Origin: an uncultured delta proteobacterium
GTDB lineage: Bacteria > Desulfobacterota > RBG-13-43-22
DNA: 64,000 bases
Assembly: GCA_963790475.1 (NCBI GenBank)
Contig: CAWBOS010000006.1
Coordinates: forward strand, 480,001 to 544,000
Direction of reading: 5' to 3'
Of this stretch, positions 1 to 12,150 are shown one piece after another. Numbering within the stretch: the first letter of the stretch is position 1; each line of letters begins with the position of its first letter. Position numbers and translations under genes: made by a program. Under the pieces are notes generated by a model that had not been told where the DNA came from, did no database searches, and saw nothing but the letters and a program-made list of their open reading frames with translations.

Positions 1-92
1 TCAACTTGGCTATTTTTTGCAATTTTTCCATTGGATTCATTTTCAAACCCCCCTTAGGTCAAAAATACTTTCCTCAGTCCCTGGGATCCGGA

Positions 93-1658
93 TCAGGCCT
101 CTATTGATTTCTTTTCTTCGGAGTTCTTACAACGATGGATGGCCTCCTGGTACTGATGAATATTGGGCATTACCCAACTACGACTGTCTTGGGCAATTAA
201 ATATTCCGCCGATTCCGGACCCCAGCTGCCGGACGGGTAATTGGGAAAGTTGGCTGGGACCACTGATTCCCAGGCCTCAAGAATAGGGGCGATAACGCGC
301 CAGGCCGCCTCGGCCTGATCCCCCCGCATAAAAAGGGTGGCATTCCCCAACATCACATCCAGCAGCAGGGTCTCATAAGCCTCGGGAGAAGGAACTTTAA
401 AGGCTTCTTGATAATAAAACTGCATATCCACGGGACTCAAACGCATGGTCTCTCCCGGATGTTTAGCCTGAAAGCGAAGCAGGATGCCTTCCAGGGGATG
501 GATGGAAATAAGGAGGCGGTTCGGCGTCCAATCCAAAACCGTAGAGGGAGGAAAGATTTGATGCGGGACAGTTCGAAATTGGATATTGACTTCTGAAACT
601 TTTGCGGGCAGACGTTTTCCGGTTCGCAGATAAAAAGGGACATCCTGCCAACGCCAGTTGTCCACAAAAAGCTTAACGGCAGCGTAAGTTTCGATCGAAG
701 AGTCGGGAGAGACGTTTTTTTCACTCCGATATCCCCGGACCTTTTTCCCTTCGATCCAACCAGTGTCATACTGGCCGCGGACGGCAAATTTATGGATCTC
801 ATCGAGAGGGATAGGACGTACGGCATGGAGGACATCCACTTTTTTATTGCGAATTTCTTCGTCTTTAAAAGAGATCATCGGCTCCATGGCGATCAGGCAG
901 AGGACCTGGATAAGATGATTCTGAATCATATCCCTCAACGCCCCGGCCTTATCATAATAATGGCCGCGATCCCCGATGCCGTCCTGTTCGGATACGGTAA
1001 TCTGCACATGATCGATGTAACGCCGATTCCAGATAGGCTCAAACAGGGCATTGGCAAAACGGAAAGCCAGGATATTCTGTACGGTCTCTTTGCCCAAGTA
1101 GTGGTCGATCCGGTAAATCTGGGATTCGAGAAAGGTCTTGGTCAGATTTTTATTTAAAGATCTGGCCGAGGCCAGATCACGGCCGAAAGGTTTTTCGATA
1201 ACGATACGGGTTCGTTCCCGTTCAAAGGATAAGCGGGCGTTACCCAACTGTTCTACAATTAATTCAATAGACTGTGGTGGAATAGCCAGGTAGAAAATCC
1301 GGGTGGCCGGGGTGTCCCATTCTTTATCCAGGGTTTTGAGTTGCTTGGTCAGTCGGGAATAGATCTTTGGATCACTAAAATCGCAGATTTGAAAACTTAA
1401 ATGGGAGACGAAGGTTTTCCAATCCTTTTTATCCACTTCCTTGCGGCGAGAGAACTGCTTTACCCCTTGATGCAGATTTTGGATTTGGGCCTCATTGCTC
1501 AGCGACCGATGACCCAGACCGATGATCCGGAAATTATCCGGAAGCCAGTCGTCCAGATAAAGATCATATAAAGCCGGAATCAATTTACGCCGGGCCAGAT
1601 CGCCGGCAATGCCGAAGATGACAAAAACAGTCGGTTTGGGATGATTATCAACCGTCAT
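93..1658 (-). CDS. zwf: glucose-6-phosphate 1-dehydrogenase
   Basis: [15 protein letters not shown]-binding motif, [25 protein letters not shown]; start taken at ATG 1658 (MTVDNH). Confidence 0.97.
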   Translation of the reverse strand: MTVDNHPKPTVFVIFGIAGDLARRKLIPALYDLYLDDWLPDNFRIIGLGHRSLSNEAQIQNLHQGVKQFSRRKEVDKKDWKTFVSHLSFQICDFSDPKIYSRLTKQLKTLDKEWDTPATRIFYLAIPPQSIELIVEQLGNARLSFERERTRIVIEKPFGRDLASARSLNKNLTKTFLESQIYRIDHYLGKETVQNILAFRFANALFEPIWNRRYIDHVQITVSEQDGIGDRGHYYDKAGALRDMIQNHLIQVLCLIAMEPMISFKDEEIRNKKVDVLHAVRPIPLDEIHKFAVRGQYDTGWIEGKKVRGYRSEKNVSPDSSIETYAAVKLFVDNWRWQDVPFYLRTGKRLPAKVSEVNIQFRTVPHQIFPPSTVLDWTPNRLLISIHPLEGILLRFQAKHPGETMRLSPVDMQFYYQEAFKVPSPEAYETLLLDVMLGNATLFMRGDQAEAAWRVIAPILEAWESVVPANFPNYPSGSWGPESAEYLIAQDSRSWVMPNIHQYQEAIHRCKNSEEKKSIEA

Positions 1659-1668
1659 TCGGATGTCC

Positions 1669-3087
1669 TTAATCCCTTCTCCACCGGGTATGAAAGGTGC
1701 CCGGGATATCGGTTCGTTTATAGGTGTGGGCACCGAAATAATCCCGTTGGGCCTGGATGAGATTGGCCGGCAGCCAGGAACTGCGGAAACTGTCGAAATA
1801 AGCTAAAGAGGCCATAAGACCGGGTACGGGTATGGCCAGATCAACGGCGGCCTTAATCACCTCTCCCATATCATTCTGACAGGACTTCATCTTTTCGGCC
1901 AGTTCGGTAGCGGTCAACAGGTGGATGAGATTCGGTTCAATCCGGTAGGCGGCCTGGATTTTGTCCAGGAGGGCCGCCCGGATGATGCACCCTCCGCGCC
2001 AGATCCGGGCCACCTCATCCAGAGGCACCCCATAATGATAAATTCGGGAGGCCTTCTGGAGCAGGGCCAGACCCTGGCTGTAAGTCACCATCATTCCACC
2101 ATAAAGGGCCTGACCGACCTGGGCTATCCATCCTTGTTGCTCTCCTCGGAACAAGGCTCGAGAGTTTTCAAAAACCCGACTCATGGCCTGCCGCTCCTGC
2201 GCATAGCCGGAGAGGTCCCGCATCATCACGGCCAAGTCGATGGTCGGCACCGGTATCTGTAATTCCAAAGCATTGGTGGAAGTCCAGAGGCCGGTCCCTT
2301 TTTGCCCGGCCTGATCCTGGATCCAATCGATCAGACGGCCTTTGCCCATTTCGTCTTCTTGAAGAAAGATACGGGCGGTGATCTCAATCAAATAAGACTT
2401 AAGTCCGGTCTGGTTCCATTGTTCAAAAATCCGGGACAACTCATCATCGTTCAGCCCCAGTCCCTGTTTAAGAAGCTGATAGGTTTCGGCAATCAATTCC
2501 ATTAAACCGTATTCAATCCCGTTGTGGACCATTTTGACGTAATGGCCGGCCGACCCTTGGCCCAGATAAGTCACGCAGGGTTCCCCCTCCACCTTGGCGG
2601 CGATAGTCTCAAGGATCGGACGCACCCGTTCATAGGCCTGGGGGGAACCGCCGGGCATCAGACTGGGGCCGTAACGGGCACCCGACCCGCCACCGGATAT
2701 ACCCAGACCCATATAAAGGATTCTTTTTTCGGACAAGGATTTTTCCCGGCGATCGGTGTCGCTGAATAAAGAATTACCGCCATCAATAATCAGGTCGTTG
2801 TCTTCAAGGAGGGGGAGAAGTTCCTGGATCATTTCGTCGACCGCTCGGCCGGCGGAGATCATCAGCAGAATAGCCCTGGGTCTGCGCAGCAGCCCAACGA
2901 ATTCGGACAGGTTGGTGCCCGGCCTGATGGGTCGTGAACCGGCCTCTTTTTCCATGAATTCCCTGGTTTTTTCCTGAGTCCGGTTATAAACCGCTACAGA
3001 AAAGCCGTGGTCGGCCATATTCAATACCAGATTTCGGCCCATTTCCCCCAGACCGATTAAACCGATCTCAACCCTCTGGTCAGCCAT
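1669..3087 (-). CDS. gndA: NADP-dependent 6-phosphogluconate dehydrogenase
   Basis: [38 protein letters not shown]; GGAG RBS before ATG 3087. Confidence 0.97.
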   Translation of the reverse strand: MADQRVEIGLIGLGEMGRNLVLNMADHGFSVAVYNRTQEKTREFMEKEAGSRPIRPGTNLSEFVGLLRRPRAILLMISAGRAVDEMIQELLPLLEDNDLIIDGGNSLFSDTDRREKSLSEKRILYMGLGISGGGSGARYGPSLMPGGSPQAYERVRPILETIAAKVEGEPCVTYLGQGSAGHYVKMVHNGIEYGLMELIAETYQLLKQGLGLNDDELSRIFEQWNQTGLKSYLIEITARIFLQEDEMGKGRLIDWIQDQAGQKGTGLWTSTNALELQIPVPTIDLAVMMRDLSGYAQERQAMSRVFENSRALFRGEQQGWIAQVGQALYGGMMVTYSQGLALLQKASRIYHYGVPLDEVARIWRGGCIIRAALLDKIQAAYRIEPNLIHLLTATELAEKMKSCQNDMGEVIKAAVDLAIPVPGLMASLAYFDSFRSSWLPANLIQAQRDYFGAHTYKRTDIPGTFHTRWRRD

Positions 3088-3375
3088 TATCGAATGCTCC
3101 GAAAAATCAATCCATGATAAATGTTTGGTGTTTGGAATAAATGTAGACTTGAATCCTAAAACCGCAAACCATTTCAATTTGATAATTTATTATTATACAA
3201 TAAAAGATGAGCTTGATAAGTAAATAATGCCATTTCTGTATTCGCAGGTCGAAAAGGGTGTATTTTCACTTTTGGCGGATTGGATAGTCGACTGAATAAA
3301 AAAGAGTTGATCTGAGGCCCATCAACATCCTGATAACAAAGGTCCTTTTAGAAGGAATCCACAGGTCATAGCCGT

Positions 3376-4737
3376 TTAAAATAAAATACTTCTCTGTCCA
3401 CTGACGGTTAATGACATGTCTTTTAAAGAAAAATCTTCATCTGGAGTAAATGTCCTATCAAATTCGATGAATTCAAACCTTCTCCACATGCCGTTGGAAT
3501 TGTCCTCTATGGGAGGCATTTCATTCATGGCAATAAAATGCTTGGCAAATGGTCTGAATTTAACCGCTGTTTTATAAGGATACCTCCAGGAACCCAATCA
3601 CCACTGACCACTTCCTTTATTCTGTCGGTATTAGTAGCTATTCTATTAGGGGTTTCACTGGAAACATTCAACATTTTTCCAAACAAATCGAGGACATAAT
3701 ATTCATCGGAGAGACGAGTCAGGTTAATATTGGAGGTATTATCTTCTCCAAACAAACTGGTTATCGTATTAATCAGGACTGATTTCCCAATACTTCCATT
3801 CCCCACTAATAGAAATAAGGTATGCACCGGAATAGACCTTTGAAGGATGTACCCAACAGCCTCTTGTAGAAAATCAATTTGAGCCTGCTTACCTAAGAAT
3901 ATTTCATCTAAATACTTGAAAAATATAGGGCAGGTGGCATTAGGATCAAAGGCATAGGGCAACATGTTAGTAGAAAAGACATCAGGGGTATGGGGGGATC
4001 AATAGCTCAGTTTTAAGATTAAGAATACCGTTAGTAAAGGTCAGAAAATTCAGGATTTCTTCATTACTACTATCATGGCAGATGTTCCCCTTCGGCATAA
4101 TGAATAAAGTTCTCCAATTGGGTTTTAGTAAACAATTCCCTATGGATGCCCAATTTTGTTTGGCATAATGAATTTAAGGCCTTGTTGGATAGAGGTTCAT
4201 AGAAGCGGCCGTTATATCGAAAGAAGACATCCTCGTGAATCTTCATTTTAAAGGTCTGGGAGATAAACTCCTGGAATTTGACAATTTTAAAATTGTAATT
4301 ATCCTTGTTTTTTTGAAGTGAACCCGTGACGAATAATGGATCGAGTCGTTCCTCATCAGACAGCTGAGAAAACGTTCTCGCCTTTTCAATGGTATGGTTT
4401 AGGTATTTTACTTTATCGTTGTGTTCACGATACTTTTCCCCAACGGGATAAATTTCAAGAATCTTTTGAATGAGGGTTTCACTTACCCCTTTATTGATCA
4501 ATCCAGCGACAACAGCCATTTCAACTTCAGACCGAGATTGATAGGTGCCATCATTCCCACGTACTCAATTGACTCCTTTTTCCCATTTCTTTGCATCCGG
4601 GGATTTACTCCACAGTAGACGTTATATCCAGCTTGGGCTAATTCCGAGGCATAGGAAACTGCTCCGTCAATCGAATTAAAAAAATCCTGTTTAATATTTC
4701 CTTTTTTATCAAAGGCCCTAATTTCTATCATGCCCAT
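3376..4737 (-). pseudogene. fragmented phage/plasmid primase-D5/SF3 helicase (P4-type)
   Basis: Four collinear fragments: N-terminal primase-like IEIRAF..NVYCGVNPR (4498-4737), middle region (4073-4519), YAFDPNATCP..Walker A GNGSIGKS (3525-3965), NGMWRRF (3376-3597); joined by frameshifts and stops. Confidence 0.8.
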
Positions 4738-4909
4738 ATCAAATTTTAAAGCCCTTTCAAAAAGAGCTTCAAAAATGAATTAAATATTAATTTTAAATTT
4801 GTCCTAATTGGTAACCACGAAAGGAACACCGTTTAGGTCTGGAAATACGTTAAGGAGGATTTTTGAGATGGAAAAAATACGAAAATATTAGATTCTGAAA
4901 CTGTAACGA

Positions 4910-5047
4910 CTACAAGGAATAATGAGACAGACGTTTGATGATTTGGGACGGGTGGTACTGGGGTTGAAGATTAAGAAAGGTAGATTCTAATTCATGTCTC
5001 GGTAGGATTTTTAACATTTGCAAAAAGATTGTGTTATAATGGGTCAT
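4910..5047 (-). pseudogene. IS4-family transposase N-terminal (DUF4372-like) remnant
   Basis: MTHYNTIFLQMLKILPRHELES resembles the N-terminus of IS4-family transposases; similarity ends after about 22 aa. Confidence 0.5.
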
Positions 5048-5202
5048 GGCTTGAATCTCCTTCTTTGTTAATAGGTTGGACAAACCCTTTTTAACAAATG
5101 AAAGCAAGATTTCAAGCCTTTTTTATATTTTTTACCGGTCACTAATGCTATTTTAATAGGTATGAAAAGGGTGTAATTTGCCGGCCCAAGGAGAAACAGG
5201 CT

Positions 5203-6573
5203 ATGGACAGGAGTCTCGGAATTGATCTCACCACGGGCAGCATACCGCGGCATTTATTGAGCTTTTCTCTTCCCATGCTGGCCGGTAACCTCATCCAGAT
5301 CGGTCAGAGCATCATTAATACCATATGGGTGGGCCACTTGGTGGGAGAAAATGCCGTGGGGGCCATTGGCGTCAGTTTTCCCGTGATCTTCATTCTCATG
5401 GGCTTTGCCATGGGTATGTCCATGGCCACGACCATCCTCGTATCCCAGTATTACGGATCCAAGGATCTGATCTTGGTGGAAAAAGTCATCCATAACTCAT
5501 TTTCCCTTGCCCTCATACTGGGTGTTGTCCTGTCCGTGGCAGGTATGACTTTTGCCGATTCCATCCTCAGAATCATGAAGACCCCGCCTGAAAATTTCAC
5601 CATGGCTTCGATCTACCTTAAAATCATCCTCGGAGGTTTTATACTTTTCTATGTCACCTTTATTATAAACTCCGTCCTGCGGGGGATCGGCGATACAGTA
5701 ACACCGCTTATATTCATGGCCGTGGCCATCGGTCTCAACGCCCTGCTGGATCCTTTTTTCATCGGCGGGTTCGGTCCCTTCCCGCATTTCGGTCTTATGG
5801 GAGCGGCCTGGGCCACGGTGATCTCACAGGCCATAGGGTTCGGCACCGGCATCGTCTATCTCAACCTGAAAAAGCACTTGGGGGCTTTTAATCCAAAGAA
5901 ACTCATTTTAAACAGAACTATCACGGGTAAGCTCTTCAGGATCGGACTGCCCTCCATCGTTCAGCAGCTGCTGATCTCCATGAGCTCGCTCCTGGTAACC
6001 ACTATGGTCAATACCTTCGGGGCCGCAGCCACCAATGCCTTTGGCGCCGTGATGCGGGTGGAAATGTTTGCCATCCTGCCCGCCAGTTCCATAAGCATGG
6101 CCGTTTCAGCGCTGACGGGGCAGAACCTCGGGGCAGGCAAACCGCAAAGGATCAAAGCGGTCTTCCATTGGGGCCTTCTGCTGATCTCCTCGATCACCTT
6201 GATCATCTCTCTTATTGCGGTTTTTCTCTCGGGCCAGATCCTCACCATATTCGGTCTCGGTAAGGACGCACTGGTAATGGAAATCGGGATCAACTACTTA
6301 CACATCGTGGGCGCCTGCTATTTGATTTTCTCCATAGGCTTTGTGTCGAACGGCGTCATCAACGGAGCCGGTCATACCATCATCACCATGATGTTTTCTC
6401 TCCTTTCCTTGTGGGTGCTCAGGATACCCCTGGCCGGGGTCCTGTCCAGGACCGGCCTGGGCATCACGGGTATATGGGTCGGTATTGCGCTGAGCTTTTT
6501 TGGATTTTCGTCGGCAAGTCTCAGCTATTACCTCACGGGAAGATGGAAAAAAAGCGCCATTGCACCCCGTTGA
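5203..6573 (+). CDS. MATE family efflux transporter
   Basis: DLTTGSI start, SQYYGSKD, LRGIGDTVTPL, GQNLGAGK; about 12 hydrophobic segments. Confidence 0.95.
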   Translation: MDRSLGIDLTTGSIPRHLLSFSLPMLAGNLIQIGQSIINTIWVGHLVGENAVGAIGVSFPVIFILMGFAMGMSMATTILVSQYYGSKDLILVEKVIHNSFSLALILGVVLSVAGMTFADSILRIMKTPPENFTMASIYLKIILGGFILFYVTFIINSVLRGIGDTVTPLIFMAVAIGLNALLDPFFIGGFGPFPHFGLMGAAWATVISQAIGFGTGIVYLNLKKHLGAFNPKKLILNRTITGKLFRIGLPSIVQQLLISMSSLLVTTMVNTFGAAATNAFGAVMRVEMFAILPASSISMAVSALTGQNLGAGKPQRIKAVFHWGLLLISSITLIISLIAVFLSGQILTIFGLGKDALVMEIGINYLHIVGACYLIFSIGFVSNGVINGAGHTIITMMFSLLSLWVLRIPLAGVLSRTGLGITGIWVGIALSFFGFSSASLSYYLTGRWKKSAIAPR

Positions 6574-6993
6574 CGAGTCCTTTTGGAACTAAAACCTGGA
6601 CCACAGAATGGTACTCTCGGCGAGGTTGAAGTCTCAGCGCCGGAATAATCGATACCGATGTAACCTCCAAATGAAAGCCCTGGAAAGGGAGAGTATTTGG
6701 AGGCCGGCTCATTCGGATAAGATCCGTAAGACAGGCCGGGGGTTAGGATTGATAAACGTACTTAAAGATACTTTTCCATCAGTGGCCCTAGATAGAAACG
6801 AAACGAAGCTATACAGGGGCTTATACTCGTCAGAACCAGGTGGGAGGGTTATTGAAAAGATGGGTGGTAAGAAATTAGATAAAGTGAATTAAAAATTGAC
6901 AGTATTAATGATTTAGTTTTTTTCAGAAATGAATGGTTCAGGCGGGGACGTTTGGATGAATGAGTTTTAAGGGATTCCCATATATTGTTGAAA

Positions 6994-7287
6994 TTAATTA
7001 TCAGCTCTATTTCTCGAATAGGGAAAAATACTCAGAATAAAGTACCCTATTAAAGCATAAACGATAAGCGCAGCAAGGGTGGCAAAATCAACCACGAAAC
7101 CTGAAAATTTATAATCTGGAAGAATTTTGGCAAATGGCGCTACAAGTCGCGCTGTGACACGATAAAGCCAGGCAACGAACGGCGTGCTTGCATTAACTAC
7201 CAAAAACTTAAATATCAATCTGACACTTAAAAGTAGTTCAATAACGCCCATCACAATATTAATGAATGCCCGTATAATTCTAAACAT
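6994..7287 (-). CDS. YggT family membrane protein
   Basis: Two TM segments, TPFVAWLYRVTARLVAPF..VDFATL. Confidence 0.8.
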   Translation of the reverse strand: MFRIIRAFINIVMGVIELLLSVRLIFKFLVVNASTPFVAWLYRVTARLVAPFAKILPDYKFSGFVVDFATLAALIVYALIGYFILSIFPYSRNRADN

Positions 7288-7482
7288 AATTTGTTTTAAT
7301 TCTCTTTTGCTTGAGTTAATCCAACTCTTCCGCTCTTTGATAAGACTTTGCTTTTAGATTCAAAAGTATAAAATAAGATGAAATAGCAGTCAAGGAGAAA
7401 AAAGGAAGAAAAAACAGGGGTGATGGAATGAGAATGGAGATTAAATAAAGGGGGCTCACTCCTTTAGAAAGGGGGATAAAGC

Positions 7483-7734
7483 ATGGCAGCATTTGATTGG
7501 AGCAAAGGACTGGTCAAGGGATTATTTTGGGGTGGCTTAATGGGTGTAGTTGTCGGCATCCTCTATACCACCAAAAGGGATAAGGGGACATGGGAGAGCG
7601 TCGGTAAATCTGCGGATGAGTTGGTTGATAGAACCAAGGAGCAGATTGGGCAAGCGCGGAGGAAAATAGAGGAACTGGCGAACCGTGGAAAGGATTTATA
7701 CGAAGGGGACAAGGAAAGTCTAAAGGAAGTCTAG
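7483..7734 (+). CDS. YtxH-like protein
   Basis: GLFWGGLMGVVVGILY helix followed by a charged coiled coil. Confidence 0.7.
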   Translation: MAAFDWSKGLVKGLFWGGLMGVVVGILYTTKRDKGTWESVGKSADELVDRTKEQIGQARRKIEELANRGKDLYEGDKESLKEV

Positions 7735-8422
7735 GTACCTCAGGGTTAGAGGACATTCTGATATGACCCCCCGTTCCTACTGGCTGATTAAGGAATCATA
7801 CCGAATAACGACGAAAAGCTGGAAGATAGCAAATCAAAAAACAAGCGGATAGTATCCTAATGCTTATATTCTGGGTGATTACAGTGATAGTGACGATGCA
7901 AAGGGGGGAAAGGGTTGGTGTGTAGTAACAAGATGGGAGGTTAACTTTTATAACTGACGGTAATCACAAACAGTAATCCCTCTTATTGTTTTCTTGGTCA
8001 GCTTCCCTAAGAGGCGGAGAACCTCTTCGCCTGCGGGAGTTAGCTGGAGGTTATGGCGGACTAATCGGTAAGGTCAAGAAAATCCTGGGAAAATAGTAGA
8101 AGTCAAGACAGGGTTTGATCCGGCAAAACCACCCGTTGGCCTCCATAACGTTCATATCATCCCAAAGAGCGTGGACTATTTCGGGTGATAAGTCCCCGCC
8201 TTGATGCCCGGGGGTATACCGTAAGATAGCAGTAATTGGCCATACTTTGGTGTCTTGAATAAGAGAGCTTACCGGGCTCGGTGGTTTGCTAATCACTATC
8301 ACCGAGCCCCGGTGTTTAGTCGGGCTTAGAAACCCTAGTCCTTTGGACCAGGGCACGGTCAGGCTTCGGGATGCGAGCCAACTGATCTGCGAACTTGTCA
8401 GGGCGAGGAATGCACAATAGCG

Positions 8423-10036
8423 CTATGAATGTAGCGCGCCGACCTCTAAGGCTCGTAGCACGTTGAGCATTTCATCCTGCGATTTGCCACGGACTGCTTC
8501 TGCAGGCGGAAGTTCTCCACGACGCATCAATTCTTCGAAGGCACTCAGCTTTTCACTGTGCGGGCTAATCATCGCAAGGAAGCGGTTGTTCTTAAGCAGG
8601 TACGCAACGAAGTCAGATTTGGAAACGTCGCCACTGATAATGACTTCGTCCCACGTGTGTGCCCATCCCATATAGGCAAGCGACACGCCGCATTGTTCAG
8701 TCCAGAAGAACGGCACCGCGTCGAACGGCTTGCCGTTTCCTACCATCGCCCGAGCAGCGGCGCGTCCCTGCTGCAGAGCCAGGCGCCAGTGTTCTATCCG
8801 AATACGCTGACCCTCATTGTGCGGATCCATATAACGGGCCACGTCTCCGGCAGCATACACACCCGCAGCCACGCGAAACTCTCCATCCACATCGAGACTA
8901 CCATCCGGGTTCAATTGCACGCTTTTCACGAAATCGGTAGCTGGGCGGACTCCAATACCCACCACAGCAAGATCGCAATCAATAGTAGTGCCATCATCGA
9001 GGGTGACACTCGACACTTCCTTGCTGCCGTTGAACCGGCTGACCGTACGTCCCGATCTGAATATGGTGCCCTTGGATTCGTGAGCCTTCTTCAGGGTGTT
9101 CGCGATTTCTTCTCCAAAAACCTGCTTGAACGGCACAATAGCACGTCCGATAATCGTCACCTGGACCCCGCGATTTGCGAGACTGGACGCCACTTCCATG
9201 CCGATGAAGCTGTCGCCGACGATTACCGCTCTTTTGCCCTTTTGTGCCAGGGCAATAATCGCATTGCAGTCGTTAAGCGAACGCAGAACAAGCACATTTC
9301 GCATGTTGGCGCCAGGCACATCGAGTTTGCGCGGGATGGACCCACTGGCGAGCAACACCATATCAGGCACGAGTGTTGTCCCGTCGTCAAACTGAATGCT
9401 CCTTTGGGGGACGTCGAACGCCATGACGTGTCTGTTCATGCGCTCGATGTGGTGCCGTTTATAGAAGTCTTCGGAGCGGATGTCCAACGATACCAAAGTC
9501 GAGGCGGGATCTCCCGCCAGATAACCCTTGCTGCAGTTCGGGCGGTCATATGGAATGTGATCCTCCTGGCTGATCATCAGGATCCGCCCTCGATAGCCTT
9601 CCTGTCGCAGCGCTTCCACTGCAGCGGCCGCCGCAGCCCCCCCGCCAATCACGGCAAAGACACGTTTGTCACGGGCGGGCTCAAATCGCGCCATGGGCAT
9701 CTGGCGGCTGCCTTCCTTCTTGTCGGGCATGTCCAGATAGATGTTGTCGTGTTCGATGTGCCCATCATAATGTTCCAGTCCGTCGAGAGAGCAAGGTTCC
9801 AAAAGATCACCGGTTTTCACGTCGAACTTCGCCTGATGCCACGGACAGATGATGTGCCCGTCGTGAAGCGTACCTTCGTGCAGCGGCGCGCCATAGTGTG
9901 GACAAGTACCACTTAAAGCCTGAAACCTTCCATTCCACTTGGCAAGCAAAATCGGCGAATCATCCACTTTGACCTGCTTCATCTGATTATCCTGAAGGTC
10001 ATGAGTGCTTCCTATCTTAACTTTCTTGGCTTTCAT
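8423..10036 (-). CDS. Rieske [2Fe-2S] + FAD/NAD-dependent reductase (AIF3-like)
   Basis: CPHYGAPL..CPWH Rieske motifs; GGGAAA, PYDRP, GDSFIG, GVYAAGD, RIEHW, VPFFWT; GGAG RBS before ATG 10036. Confidence 0.92.
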   Translation of the reverse strand: MKAKKVKIGSTHDLQDNQMKQVKVDDSPILLAKWNGRFQALSGTCPHYGAPLHEGTLHDGHIICPWHQAKFDVKTGDLLEPCSLDGLEHYDGHIEHDNIYLDMPDKKEGSRQMPMARFEPARDKRVFAVIGGGAAAAAAVEALRQEGYRGRILMISQEDHIPYDRPNCSKGYLAGDPASTLVSLDIRSEDFYKRHHIERMNRHVMAFDVPQRSIQFDDGTTLVPDMVLLASGSIPRKLDVPGANMRNVLVLRSLNDCNAIIALAQKGKRAVIVGDSFIGMEVASSLANRGVQVTIIGRAIVPFKQVFGEEIANTLKKAHESKGTIFRSGRTVSRFNGSKEVSSVTLDDGTTIDCDLAVVGIGVRPATDFVKSVQLNPDGSLDVDGEFRVAAGVYAAGDVARYMDPHNEGQRIRIEHWRLALQQGRAAARAMVGNGKPFDAVPFFWTEQCGVSLAYMGWAHTWDEVIISGDVSKSDFVAYLLKNNRFLAMISPHSEKLSAFEELMRRGELPPAEAVRGKSQDEMLNVLRALEVGALHS

Positions 10037-10097
10037 GTTACGTCTCCTTTTAATTCTGGTTACTGAAACTGTCTCTCTAATAGCGCCCAATTCCCTT

Positions 10098-10225
10098 GCC
10101 AATACTGATTCAAAAGATTTACGAAGTGGATCTCCTTACCTGCCCAATGGTGGGAGGCGATGCGGATTATCAGCATTATCGAGGATCAGGAAGTGATCAA
10201 CATGATTTTAGGGTACTTGGGTTTG
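10098..10225 (+). pseudogene. IS91-family transposase C-terminal remnant
   Basis: LIQKIYEVDLLTCP, then after a frameshift MRIISIIEDQEVINMILGYLGL; matches the IS91/ISCR C-terminal zinc-finger tail pattern. Confidence 0.65.
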
Positions 10226-10239
10226 AGGACTGTTCTTTA

Positions 10240-10386
10240 CTACCCTCGTCGCCCTTGAATGAAGCCGACTATCAGAACGATAATAGCAATTACCAGCGCG
10301 ATGTGAATGAAACCTCCCATCGTATAACTGGTCACCAAACCCAGCAGCCACAGAATTATCAGTATTACAGCAATCGTCCACAACAT
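10240..10386 (-). CDS. lmo0937-family (DUF5670) small membrane protein, 48 aa, below the ORF track cutoff
   Basis: MLWTIAVILIILWLLGLVTSYTMGGFIHIALVIAIIVLIVGFIQGRRG; AGGAGGAG RBS. Confidence 0.9.
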   Translation of the reverse strand: MLWTIAVILIILWLLGLVTSYTMGGFIHIALVIAIIVLIVGFIQGRRG

Positions 10387-10434
10387 GGGATTCTCCTCCT
10401 TTTATTAATTTATTTTAAGAATACCTAATACAAA

Positions 10435-10451
10435 TGCAAGTAGCTTACCAA
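10435..10451 (-). promoter_or_regulatory. sigma54 -24/-12 promoter
   Basis: TTGGTAAGCTACTTGCA = GG-N10-GC, about 50 bp upstream of the lmo0937-family gene. Confidence 0.7.
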
Positions 10452-11006
10452 CAGCCGGGGGAAAAAAGAAGTATGAAAACAGGCCTGATATCGTAAGGTT
10501 TGACGAATAGGAGATAATAATAAGGAAGGTTGAAACTATTTTTCAGCCTCAATATTTGGTGGAACCACCATATATGGAGGAAAACTTTGAGGTAGTCGGG
10601 CAACTTAGCGCGTGTTGAATCTGGGATTGTAAAAAAGAAAAAAAGATTTTGTTTGCTCAGAGATAGAAAAATATCTTTTAGGATAATACCACACCATTAC
10701 CGATTACCGATTCAACTCTTGAATAATCAGGAAGATGCGAAAAGCAATGTTACAGGAAGAAGTCATATGCTATAGAATAAGAGTGTGAAACCCTCCTGTC
10801 CATGATATGCTTAAGCTTTGCCTTTGCTCGCTCGGGGTGACAGTCAAAGATGTTCTTGCCCATGAGCTCCACGCCACCAAACTTTTTGAACATCACTCCA
10901 CAAAAATACTGTCTTGTTTCCCCCAAAATACAGCCTTTAAGGCATTCCTATTTTCAAATGTTCCCGCTACCGTAATCAATAGAAAATAATCTTTAGGAGG
11001 TGTGGC

Positions 11007-11366
11007 ATGGCCAATCCATTTGTTCACCTTGAATTGCATACCAAAGACGTGGAGAAGTCAAAAAAGTTTTACACAAGTCTGTTCGACTGGAAGTTGGAAG
11101 AATTTCCAGGCATGGACTACACGATTATCAACGTTGGGGAAGGAACAGGCGGTGGAATGATGAAGAACCCTATGCCAAACAGTCCCGACAACTGGCTTCC
11201 CTACATCCTGGTAGACGATATCGCAGCATCGACAAAAAAAGCGAAGTCGCTCGGAGCTGCCATTGTCCAGGAGGTTACCGAGATTCCCGACATGGGGTGG
11301 TCCAGCGTGATTTTGGATCCGACGGGTGCGCCCTTTGGACTCTTTCAACCAAAAGCAAACCAGTAA
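11007..11366 (+). CDS. VOC/glyoxalase family protein
   Basis: FVHLEL, WLPYILVDD, DPTGAPFGLFQ; AGGAGG RBS. Confidence 0.92.
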   Translation: MANPFVHLELHTKDVEKSKKFYTSLFDWKLEEFPGMDYTIINVGEGTGGGMMKNPMPNSPDNWLPYILVDDIAASTKKAKSLGAAIVQEVTEIPDMGWSSVILDPTGAPFGLFQPKANQ

Positions 11367-11405
11367 GGTTGCGAATTCGAAAGACCGGACGGAGGGAACA
11401 GCAGA

Positions 11406-11470
11406 TGAGCATCGGCGGATTATCCAAGGTGCGACATGATGTCATGGCAGGCTATGTCGAGCGTGACAGG
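11406..11470 (+). pseudogene. serine hydrolase (beta-lactamase-like) N-terminal remnant
   Basis: GGAGG RBS, then MSIGGLSKVRHDVMAGYVER, then loss of similarity. Confidence 0.35.
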
Positions 11471-11753
11471 ATTACTTTGACCTTGGGGAAAAAACGAACC
11501 ATAGTTCCTTCTCAGTGTTGACTTTTCATAGATCCTCTTTGGGTGGAGGACTCTTGGAATGGTCTAATTTGAGGAAAGCAATCCTCTGGACAGAAAAAGA
11601 GTTAAGCGTCTTGCCGCCGGCATGGAAACCCTGAAGGTGAACCTGGGCTAGTGAAATCTTCTCAGATCCAGAGGATTCAATAGCGTCAACCAATCACTAC
11701 TTTTTATACAAAGTTGTCGTTATTATGAAAAAACTCTTCACAAAAGGATTTTG

Positions 11754-12150
11754 TCAAACGGAATTTTCCCCATATAGAATATTTTTAACTTGTTTAATCA
11801 TCGTTTTGTTACCAGATTTGTCTCTTGGAAAGAATCTCCTTGGAATTGAGAGATCAATAGTTTTATTTCTAATACTTCTCGGGTATTGATAATCGGATGT
11901 TGAATTTATTTCAATTCTTCCGAACTTACCAGTTGGACCATCAATAATATAATCAGCGACCATCCTATCCATTCCTTCTATTTGAGGAACTTTGATATTT
12001 CTCGCTTTATAATTGATGTCCTTCGCTTCTTGTGCAAGAGGACCTTTAAAAATATCTTCCTCAATTCCCCAAAAAAAATAATCGGGATAACGAAAAACAA
12101 TTTAAGGGAGAGTTTTCCCTCTATATCTCTTCAGATTTACTTTCGTATAA
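11754..12150 (-). pseudogene. degraded hypothetical gene
   Basis: The frame of ORF 11754-11972 continues upstream (YRGKTLP*IVFRYPDYFFWG) through an in-frame stop; abuts the IS21 left end. Confidence 0.4.

Noticed and set aside
6608-6892. 94-aa ORF after the MATE gene
   Set aside because: No RBS or motif I can support
8558-9916. 452-aa plus-strand ORF
   Set aside because: Antisense shadow of the GC-rich Rieske-FAD reductase
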